A stretch of DNA of 64,000 bases from Octopus vulgaris. Lineage: Eukaryota. Shown piece by piece: positions 52,668 through 64,000 of this stretch (within the stretch, counting starts at the first letter, position 1; each line of letters opens with the position of its first letter). The stretch covers positions 51,522,001 through 51,586,000 of the forward strand of contig OX597826.1 of the NCBI GenBank assembly GCA_951406725.2, read 5' to 3'. A model generated the notes under the pieces. The model made no database searches, had not been told where the DNA came from, and was given only the letters and a program-made list of their open reading frames with translations. Made by a program: the position numbers and the translations under genes.

Positions 52668-52962
52668 GGAGGCCCAATAGTTAGGGCAGCGGTCTCGTGG
52701 TCGGAGGATCGTGGTTTCGATTCCCAGACCTGGCGTTGTGTGGGTTTATTGAGAGAAAACACCTAAATGGTCCACGAGACTCCGGCAGGGTGTGGTGGCG
52801 ACCCCTGTTGCACTATTTCGCCCCAATATTCTCTCACCCTTTCTTCCTGTTTCTTGGGTAACGCTGCGATGGACTGACGTCCCGTCCAGCTGGGGGAACA
52901 CATACGCCACAGAAACCTGGAAACTTGGCCCATGAGCCTGGCTAGGCTTGAAAAGGGTGCAT
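52668..52962 (+). mobile_element. SINE family C, second copy
   Basis: Homologous to 26723-27029; preceded by another copy of the same tail (~52607-52660). Confidence 0.9.
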
Positions 52963-52969
52963 AAATAAT

Positions 52970-53117
52970 ATGGTAAATAGCTTGCTTACCAACCACATGG
53001 TTCCGGGTTCAGTCCCACTGCGTGGCATCTTGGACAAGTGTCTTCTGCTATAGCCTCGGGCCGACCAATGCCATGTGAGTGGATTTGGTAGACGGAAACT
53101 GAAAGAAGCCTGTCGTA

Positions 53118-53188
<71 letters not shown>

Positions 53189-53404
53189 ATATGTTTGTGT
53201 GTCTGTGTTTGTCCCTCTAGCATTGCTTGACAACCGATGCTGGTGTGTTTACGTCCCCGTCACTTAGCGGTTCGGCAAAAGAGACCGATAGAATATGTAC
53301 TGGGCTTACAAAGAATAAGTCCCAGGGTCGATTTGCTCGACTAAAGACGGTGCTCCAGCATGGCCGCAGTCAAATGACTGAAACAAGTAAAAGAGTAAAA
53401 GAGT
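52970..53404 (+). mobile_element. SINE family A, slightly 5'-truncated, abutting the family C copy
   Basis: Starts TGGTAAATAGCTTGCTTACC; standard body and tail. Confidence 0.92.
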
Positions 53405-54133
53405 ATATATATATATGTGTGTGTGTGTGGGGGGGGTGTGTGGGTATGGGTGTGTCTGTGTATTATGTATATGTATGTTTGAGCGCTTGTGTATTCGGTT
53501 AGTGTTGAATAAGAAAAGTCATATCCTCTAGAGCATGTTTTTCTAAATTAGAACTGATGCTGAGAGCATGTCTCGTGACTCGAGTTTCACATCAGCTGCG
53601 ATCATGAGGCGAAGATCACAGTGGCGAGAAAATCAGTCGTGGAACAAACTCAAGCTTCAGTTTTAATATAAAAAAAATAGCATATGTGTATATGTGTGTG
53701 TATATGTTTGTGTGAGTGTGTGCATTTGTGTGTTGCGTGTATACGTGTGTGTGTGTGTTTGATAACTATGGAGACAATCCAAAATTTAAAAGTAAAGATG
53801 AATTTTCAACGTCATGTTTCTAACGAGAATATTATCGTCGAAAAGGGAATAAATTAGTATATTTAATCTATAAAAGCAGATCACAGAACTTTTCTGGCGG
53901 TGCGGACTGTGTCAGTTCTCGGCGAAACGAAAGAGTGTAATGTTTCGTTGTTAATTTGAAATCATTTCTATCACATCAGTGAGCACTATTATTATTCTTT
54001 GTAAAGGAATTGACGGAATTTGAGTATATTATCGAAAGAAAGTTAATTTTATGATAAATCATTACACGAAATTAAATTAATGACCTCCATTTTTGCATGA
54101 AGGTAAGTGAAACGCACAGACACACAAACACAG

Positions 54134-54192
<59 letters not shown>

Positions 54193-54460
54193 GCATACAC
54201 ACAGAGACATATACGCACACACGCACACACGCACACACATAATACTAGCAATGATACAGAATGTTTTCGTGTATGTGTGTGTCTGTATGTGTGTAATATG
54301 TGTGTCTATGCATATGTGTGTGTGTGTGTGGTGTGTGTGTGTGTGTGTATGTGCGTGTGCGTGCGCGCACGTAGTTAATTGCTCGCATCAATTTCAGTTG
54401 CGCACTTGTGCTCGGAGAAAATAACAATATTCACAGGACAGTATAATTGAGTTAGATAAC

Positions 54461-54506
<46 letters not shown>

Positions 54507-55693
54507 ATGTTTGTTATTTCCGTATAATTTCCGTATAATCATATTAAGTAGTTATTGTTTGTTTTAGAATAGGTATAGCTCTTTTGGAAGTATTATTTGC
54601 ATCGATGTTATGAAAATATTCATGTATAAGCATTTGCAAATATTACTATAATTCACATACGCACGCACCCACACACATGTACAATCACACAGTCACTCAC
54701 GCTGAAGTGTGAAAGGATCATTTAGACATAAGCAAAATTGATATGGTTACTTCCTTACACAAGCACACTCGAACACATACATACTCAAATATACATACAC
54801 GTTCTCACATATGCACAGTTTCCTGCATATAGAACTAAGCCGTCTGTTGCACAGAAATATCATTTGTATGGCGGATTCTGTGACACAAATAGAATCGCTG
54901 ACGCATTTATATAATGAGGAGATAGAAGTTATTAAGCGGTATACTTACGTATTTCTATAAAGGTAATGCCGAAAATTAATGGGGAGAGGCCTATAGGAAA
55001 TTGTTATGTACTTCTCATTTGCAACGGTATTAACAGGACAGGTGAACCGGTTGTAGACGAGTGATAAAATATGATTGCACACTTACTTTACAGAGATCTC
55101 ATTGTTGCTTTATGTTTGTTTTTATGACGTACTAGATAGTCTGTGAATCGAATTAGCTCCCATCTGACGGAGGCTATGGTCTTGGTTCGATTTTCTGTGG
55201 CAGTTTTTTTATTCCATTTAATACTTTAGATAGACACATCTGTAATGACATATGCAGATGCTAATGAAGCAGAAGCAAAAGAAGAAAATTGTGTAGAAAC
55301 TAAAGTATTCAGTGTCTCTTTTGCTTCTAGCTTTTTTTATTTTACAATCATCAGATACTATACCTACCAAATACAAGATTTTTATAAGGAAACAGCAGAT
55401 GCAATGATCACGTATTTAATAGGCTATATTCGTAATTTAAAGTCAAACAATTGACGATCTAGCCACATTGCTAATCGTATAAGTAGTTGTTTTATCTATA
55501 AGGTGTATTATAAATACCTCAACCTCACAACTCCATTGAATGTCGTACAACATGTACGTAATTCGATTATTATGAGTCTATTAATATATCTATTTAACTT
55601 ACTTTATTACTGTCAGTATGACTTCTCACGTAAGCAACAACACATAAACCGCATGCGTGCATACATGCATGTATATATGTGTATATATATGTA

Positions 55694-55746
<53 letters not shown>

Positions 55747-55816
55747 ACATATATATATAGATATATACACATGTATATATTCATATGTGTATATATATAT
55801 ACAAATATTTATATTC

Positions 55817-55869
<53 letters not shown>

Positions 55870-57037
55870 TATGTAATGTGTGTCAGTTAAAAGAGAACTG
55901 CCACCTATTGTAATAACAGCGTTGCTGAGATGTCATTGTAATTAATTATAACTGATAAACTAGTCTATTATCACACCGTAAGTGGCAGGTTGGTGGATAA
56001 CAATCAATACATGATATGTTTTATTCGAAGTCGATATTGTTTGCCTATAGTATTGTTTGTATATGGAGCAGCAAGCAATGAATGATAACACAAAGAATAA
56101 TAAATGAACGCTAAATCATTTCACCTGAGTGTTAGGATGTTTGTGCTAATTCTATTATTGAAACACTGGTGATAGACAGATGTTACTTAATCATAAGGCT
56201 AGGACAGCCTGATTAGGTAAAACAACTAGTGATAATTTGGTAATAATTGGAGCTCTTTGATGTTATACGGTATCTTTGTTGTGTTCATTAGGGGTTGAAA
56301 AATAGATGATGATTTGGAAGCACGTTAAAATTTTTTTTCTCCTTCCGTTGATTGAACAACAGCCATTACATATCAAATGCTGGGGAAAGAATGATATCTC
56401 GCATTAGACTAAGATCAAAGTCGGTAAAATAAAATTGTTTCTTTTATGTGTTTGTTAATCTGCTTGCAAGTATTTGAAGCTATGTAAAATAATGAGGAAA
56501 TTATATGATATGCATTCTTTAAAGTCAGGTTATTTTTTAAATGTAAAATTGTGCATAGCGAAAATAGAATGTCAAACTAGACAATGGTACACATGTATTA
56601 TATAGTTTTGTGGTATATTATGTATAGTCCAGTTGTATGAGGTTGTTTTAACATGACATTTGCCTACCAATAATTCACTGCTATACTTATTCACATAACA
56701 TAGAAGATTGACTTCTGATGTGTAAATATGTATTAATTCACAAGACTTGTATCATAAACTTGGGAATTGATTCTCCATAACAAAGAATTGTCTTTACTTA
56801 TTGAACTGATATCAGCAAGAAACAAAGTAAAATTATCAACCCAAAACGTGTTCTCTCTCTCTGATTTTGCCTCTGTTTCCCTCTCTCTTTCACCCCTCTC
56901 TCTCTCTCTCAATAGACAATCCATTGAAACCATTAAAGTAGCTCTAGCAAGATTACATTAAATGTGATTGAGCATTGTATAATACATTACTGTTATATAA
57001 CATTTCAGTGTTGTGTTTACTATAAAGTAAAAAAATA

Positions 57038-58149
57038 AACAAGAGCACTCAAAGAGCGCAAACCTCGCCAAGGCAACACCAACGTCCTCTCAAGGATTAG
57101 CCGGAGATGATTTTTTAAAATGAGAATATCTGAAATAAACTCAACTGCTCTTATTAACGAGAATACTAAAAATGAACCCAACCATTCACAAAAGTTAAGT
57201 AAAAAAAAAAAAACGGAAAAATAATCCAGAATCCTTGTTCAGTACCTAATCGATCCCAATGGTAATCATAGAATGAGAATGTGTGTGCGCGGACCGTGTT
57301 TATAATGCTGTGTGTGTGTCGTCAGCTGTGGGAATAGGGACAGTTTTGTCTATGGAGGTCTTTTTTAGTCTATCCACTAATATAGTGCTTTTACGACCAT
57401 TAAGGTCTATAGTGAAAAATTTATCCATGCATGAAAGAAAACCGAAAGGGCATGTTTACAGTGCTGCCAACTGAGGTTTAACAAAATTCGTTGCGCACAA
57501 AAATGTGAGTTCAAGAAGTAAAGCTTCCTTCAAAGCAGAGCTAGAAATGCCAGTGTCAAGTAGGTAAGAAGTTTTAAACATGAGCGATATATTCAAAATT
57601 GGTAAAGCTAAAAATAATCGAGGATGAATTGAATTTATTATTGTTACTGAATATGTTAGTTTTATTTACTTTCTGAACGGTTTTGCTGCCGTTTGTTTAT
57701 GTAGATTGATTTCTTTATCCATCAGTTTCTAGTAAGATAGAGACGCGAGTAAAATTAAGAATAAAGAAACGAATAAAGGCGGTGCTCCAGCATGGCCACA
57801 GTCAAATGACTGAAACAAGTAAAAGAGTAGAAGAGAACCCTAACCCTAACCCTAATTTACGTGGAAACCATGAGCGTGCTTTCAAGGGAGATAATCACAG
57901 AAAGACTTGAAAGTCAAAGTAAGAACGTAATACTCCATGTAAAGAAAGGTATATATAACAAATAATACAGAATCCCTGTCCGGTATCGGATCGATCCTAA
58001 AATCTAATCAGTTTGTGCCAGTCACTAGGTCAAAGTTTCATTCGAATGCATCCAGCAGTTCTTGAGATAACTTTCCACGGATAAACATACAAACAAGCAA
58101 ACAAACACAACTGAAAAAATACCGCCACCTTCGCTAAGGCGAAGGTAAT
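57038..58149 (-). mobile_element. Non-autonomous Helentron/Helitron-like (DINE/HINE-type) element with nested insertions
   Basis: Minus-strand 5' end TTATTACCTTCGCCTTAGCGAAGG then (GTTT)n; 3' end CCTTGGCGAGGTTTGCGCTCTTTGAGTGCTCTTGTT, giving a subterminal inverted repeat and a GCGCTC/GAGTGC stem-loop. An internal unit AATAATCCAGAATCC…ATCGATCC occurs at ~57219 and ~57961 on either side of the interposed sequence. Confidence 0.65.
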
Positions 58150-58435
58150 AAAAAAAATAAAAATAAACTTTATAAGCGCTAGAGTGTCGGACAACGTGAT
58201 TAAGTCTATATAGTGACGGTCTTTCACGTACAAATTTCAAAGAAACACCGAGGTCGATTTTGCCATTTATTTTTTCTTAACCGATAAAATAAAGTCAATG
58301 AAGTACTAGGGTCGATTTATATTATTGAAATATAACATAAAGCACAACTGTCATAGAGCAGATCCAGTCTACATCCAGTAACTGAAAGACATGTCAAAGT
58401 AATATCAATGTACAAGGCAGTACAATTGTGTACGA

Positions 58436-58560
58436 ATGGCTGTGTAGTAAGTTGCTTGCTTACCAACCACATGGTTCCGGGTTCAGTCGCACTGCATGGC
58501 ACCTTGGGCCACTGTCTTTTATTATAACCTGGAGCCGACCAAAGCCTTGTGAGTAGGTTT
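58436..58560 (+). mobile_element. SINE family A head fragment
   Basis: TGGCTGTGTAGTAAGTTGCTTGCTTACCAACCACATGGTTCCGGGTTCAGTC…CAAAGCCTTGTGAGT. Confidence 0.87.
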
Positions 58561-59227
58561 CATATGCTAGTGGACATAAGCATTTCAATGAATATTAGAT
58601 TAGCAAAACTAAAGTACCATACTTGCTCATGTATAATTCGCACTATTTCATTCTTGAGTTTAGCTAAAAAATCTAGGGTTCAACTTCTCCTCGGGTACAT
58701 ATTCTATTTATTCACGTTAGCACGTGCACGTTTGTCTATTCTGATTGTAAATGTTCACATATACATGTGTGTATGTGTCTCTCATTGCCTTTCTCTTTCT
58801 ATATACATATATGCATGTTTTATTCTTTGTGGGGTGTGCCTGTGTGTGTGTTGCGTGACTGTTCGTGTCCGTATGTGTTTTAAAACACTGAAACATGCAT
58901 CTATGAGTAGGCGTACGTATATTCATATTAATCTGTGCGTGATGGAAAATGCATTTGCTAGATATGGCTATTCTTCGGACTACTGCGAAAGTTGCATGAA
59001 AGAAACTGCATTCTAAAATTATTTTCTCACTTCATAAATAAGACTGTAATATTCCGTATGTAAAAGAACATTAATTTATACAGTAACGAAGCACGACAAA
59101 GAACCTAAAGCATAACAAAATGGTAATAAGCAGCTGAAATCCAAAAGAATTTCAAGTGTCTTAATATACCTTTTGTTATGCTTCTATGAGATTTAAAATA
59201 TTAAAGAACATATTAATGCGTTCACTT

Positions 59228-59346
<119 letters not shown>

Positions 59347-62300
59347 TTAGTTTATGTCAATCTTCGATAATTTTAAGCAATATTATGCAAAGACTTCTTT
59401 TGTTCTTTGTTAAATATCTATAAATAAAATTCGATGAAGTTTTATATATAAGATATTTTTAGAACCCTATATGAAGCATAATATCATTGTATCTGAGTAC
59501 ATTTTATATTTATATTATTAACGATTTTTATATTCTGCATATGTTACAGTAATAAATATTTGAGCTCGCTTACTTTTTCTACGAAAGATACATATAATGA
59601 TTTAGTGGAATGCTTAAATACCTAAATCCACCGATATTTGTTATTCTGATATCCACTAGACCGAAACATTGCTACGGAGCTTATAATGATTGTTTAAGAA
59701 GACGCTTCTTCAGAGACTTCAGTAAATCAAGGATGCTTATTTGAGGCGGTGTATTATCTCCTTTGTCTAGTGTGAAGCTACTGGAAATTGTTGACATAGT
59801 TGGTTAAGTATTGTTGCTGTTGTACAGATAAACGTGGTATATGTCGGTTACAAGCTTTTGCTGTATTTTACAGTTAATAACTTACACAGAATCCAGTTTT
59901 AAAGTTAGTCGTTTTAATACCGTCGTTTAAAACCCTGGCAATATTCAAGTAGAAAGTAGTAGTTACATAATTGCTGAGGGATGGTACTGTCAGATACAAT
60001 ATTTTGAGAATTAATTATATTAGTTAAATATATTTTGAGACTTGGAATACGATGTGAACTGATGGCTAGCCGAGATCTGACACATATTTAGGCTTGGTTT
60101 AAGTACGGATTACAAGTGTGATAATGCTAGTGGGGAGAGCACGAAACTCGTACTATCCTGTTTTCCTATCCTATAAGCTTGAGCTATAAGTTTCTTTCCG
60201 CCTAGTAAAAATACACTATATAATTAGAACAGTTATTGAGTTTGAGAAAATGGTGAGACAATGCAATATATGGTTAAAAATATTTAGAATTCTTTTGGGT
60301 TCACATCTTACCTTTCGTCCTTTCACAAATTAGAAAAAAATAACATCAAGTAATTGTGGGATATATTATACTGGCTATGTATCCCACCCCTCCTGAGAAA
60401 GTTGTCCTTCAATAAAAAAAACAACAAAAAAATCCGTATATGTTAGATTTTTATGAATACCATAATAATGAGTTCAATGACTGTAATTTGGTGAGAATGA
60501 TCGAGTAAATGTAAGACAATAGCTTTTGTTTCCTTCATGGAACTAGTTGCGTAACAAATAGATAAAGCACAATAGAAAGTCATTGAAACTAACACTAGTT
60601 GTAATAGATGATTGATATCGATTATAAACGTACTAATCAGCCTAATTAAGACTTAATACCTCACCTGTGTAAGATTTAGCAGTATACTATCTTTTGTACT
60701 ATAAACCGCGAGTTAGACTACTCGAAAATTAATTAATCGGTCATTTAGTCGAGTAAGTCATTACTGATAATATATTTGAATAAAATACAAATAAAGTAGG
60801 ATTAGTATTAATTAGTATCAATTAGTATTAATTGACTGAGTAAATAACTGATTAATGTTTTTGCATGTATTGATGCCTTAATTTTGGTAATTTCTTAATA
60901 TAATACACCGTCGTTAAAGATTTCCTATACTGTATAAACTTTGCTGTAGCACTATATGAAACTCTTTTCCAGTCGATCGTTAATTTTCATATGAGCCATG
61001 TCTGCATTGGAGAAGCGTGGAGAGTTTATTTCATTGAAAGTGTTTAGATCAAGACAATCAAGCCGAATGTATTCTCACAAGAAAAGGAGAATTTCAACAC
61101 TACTATAATTTATCGAAGTCTGTCTCTTATACGGATTTAATTATAATGATAACAATTCTATCTAATTTTGGATACAAAGCTATTTTGAGTGAAGGGAAGG
61201 AGTGAATTGATTACATCGATAACTATGCTCATCTGGTACTTATTTCATCGAGCGGGTATGAGTGAAAGGCGCCTCTGACCTCGGCAGCACCTATCCCTTT
61301 TCAAACATTAAGGTGTGATTTCAAAGAAATTCGTAGCAGTTCGAAGCACAACACCACTTATAATCCTTTACACTATCAATGCTCCAGAAGAGAAGTAAAA
61401 TGTCCTTAGATGTTCATGTTTAGTTTTGTATGTTATGAATAGGAGTCAGCATATAACAAATTTTAACGTCAAATTTATAGAATTTTCAGTTCTAATTAGG
61501 GTTATATTATATAGCCTTAGAGATATTTAGTGCACAGCCATTAAATCATATACTTGCTCGATTTAAGATATTTTTACATGCTGAGAATTTATATTGTATC
61601 TACCACTCCTTGGTTTTCGTTGTTACTACAAATTAAAAGACTAATTTTAATGACTGAGAGAGGCGTATCGTACATCTAACATAAGTCGTCAATTAAGCAG
61701 AGAAAGAGAGAGAGAGAGGGGAGAGAAAGAGAGAGAGAGAGGGAGGGAGAGAGTGAAATAAAGAGAGAGAATGAGAGATTGTACAATTTAGTTCTGTAGA
61801 CCACTTCATCGAATATCTGCTGCTAAGTTGCTAAATATATTTACTAAAGACTAACACGTCCTGTTTCTTTTCCTAAAGCATAGGTACTGCATTTAAAATC
61901 ATAGTATAGTATATATATTTCCTGATCATTAAAAAAAATCATTAGCATTATTGCGTTACGGAACACTGATTCCCATACTAAATTCGTGGAAACAAGGCTT
62001 GTAAATTCCGCTCCAGGTCATCAATAAAAGAAAACCTGCATAGTTCAAAACCTCTAATATTTTTTTATGTACAAATACGAAGAAAGCTCTGCAAATAGAA
62101 GATAACAATAAATTGAAACGTTTCAAGCGATTAAATATTGCTGAATAAAAAAGTTATTAAGTGTAATCTGTAAATATCGTTTACATTTAAGATATTTTTG
62201 TACTCAGTAAGTTAGTACTGTCTCGAGTCCAAGCAATATTTAGGCGTAAGCGAAATTTAGGTTAGATAATGTATGTCTATGAAAATGCTTCAACTTCTAA

Positions 62301-63197
62301 ATGCAAACTCACTGTAGTTGCCGCGGAGAAAGGTTTTCTTATGGTAAAACAGTTAATGTCATTTGTTAAATCTACTCTATCTAGTTTGCCTTGTTAATAT
62401 ACCTATGTATGTATGTATGTATGTATGTATGTATGTATGTATGTATGTATGTATGTATCTATCTATATCTCTATCTATGCATATATATAACCGGCAAATT
62501 TAACAAAAACTTGCAAACTGTCAAAACCGAACCCGGACAATTCGTTGCTAATTCCTCATCATTCAACGTCGAAGGCATCATAATAGTTTTGCGCCGTTAT
62601 CGTTGAGACTACTCTCACATTGGAGGCGCCAGTGCAAAAAAAAAAACACTGGGAAAAACTAACGAACGTACAGGACAATGACGAAAACACACAAGAGAAA
62701 CTAAAATAATCATAATAATTATACATATGCAGCAAAAAAAAACGTATGGCTCTCAGGCAGAGGAATGTGGGTATATATATATATATATACCGCTAATTCT
62801 TATTTATAATCTACCTTTACGTTGCTTTATTTAGGTGAATTCACTGACCTCGCTTGTTTACGGCTAGGCGTTCAGCGGAATAGACTAGCAAGATGTAGCG
62901 GTATTTTAAATTTTCGTCACAGGTGAATCTAGCTGATGAGAACGAATCAGATTTATGATAACAACCGTATTCTGGAAAGTCCAAAACTCGGGTTCGAGAT
63001 TGCCCATTCTGGGTTGTCAATTTTTATGATGTTCTACCTAGAGGAAAGACGAAAGCTGTAAAGTTCGCTGCCCGCATACATCTGTGCCAGAATATATTTC
63101 AATGAAGAATTACATAGCATAGTATCGTTTGCTATTTCCAGGAAACATTGACGCCTTGTACCTCTATTTCTTATACACACAGACACATATATGTATA

Positions 63198-63259
<62 letters not shown>

Positions 63260-63260
63260 G

Positions 63261-63291
<31 letters not shown>

Positions 63292-64000
63292 GATGTAGAT
63301 GTATACACACACACACACACATATATATGTATATATATTTAGATACATGTAGATGTATATGTACGTATATATATGTATATGCATTCATGCATGTGTATGT
63401 TTCTGCTGATTGCTTGCTCCCTGTAGCCAGAAGAGTGCAATCTCTTCATTGAACCTTGCAAGACTATATGATCGCAGGTGGCTCCTCAGATAGGCTTCTG
63501 TGTCCCGGTATCACCGGTTGAGTTGTGTCCATGTATTTGAATATACCGGGTGAAAGTATCAGCTGATTTGCATATATCGATATGCATATGTAAACTATAC
63601 TGCTTCAGTGATCTTTAATGCCCTTTAGTTGTTTTGAATTAAAGAGTCAGCTACTTGTTACAGGTTATTTTGTGTAGATTAATTAGTTTGGTACTCCTAA
63701 AATATTTATATTTCTCTTTAACTACCTTTAAGACCTCTAAGTTTTTGGACTCGCGGGATATAATTTAAGGAAAATATTCAATATCATGTTTCCAACTAAT
63801 CAAAATATACTCTCAATCTTTTCAAATATAAGATCCGAACTGTAGCCGTTCCATAAAATATGAAGGCGTGTTAAAAATGTTTCTGGTGTAGATCCGTTTC
63901 CTCTTCTGTAATAAACAAAGATAAATGAAGTGAGCCATTCATGAGATCATGTCCGAAAATAAAGGTCTTAAAAGCCAATGTTCGGCCTTATAGTGGATAT

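Noticed and set aside
57837-57856. (CCCTAA)3 telomeric repeat
   Set aside because: Only three units inside a mobile-element context; not a chromosome end or fusion site.

Overview
AT-rich eukaryotic DNA, dense in microsatellites and repeats. The SINE families and (TA)n/(CA)n/(CTAT)n load look like an Octopus (coleoid cephalopod) genome; this is an inference from repeat sequences recognised from memory, not a database result. I found no intact, recognisable host protein-coding gene, and almost all supplied ORFs are microsatellite or SINE read-throughs. The window looks like a long intron or intergenic region. It holds a full-length decayed mariner (564-1755), a decayed Minos-like Tc1 transposase with an apparent intron (46493-47642), a fold-back mariner derivative (33593-34129), RTE and CR1-group LINE fragments, four tRNA-derived SINE families, two MITEs and a non-autonomous Helentron-like element. 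The most notable signals are (i) a scattered set of minimal type-I hammerhead-ribozyme-like motifs in Penelope-type repeat ends, including a ~100-bp-arm hairpin carrying one per strand, and (ii) a candidate recursive splice site followed by a 96-nt poison exon at 51803-51898.
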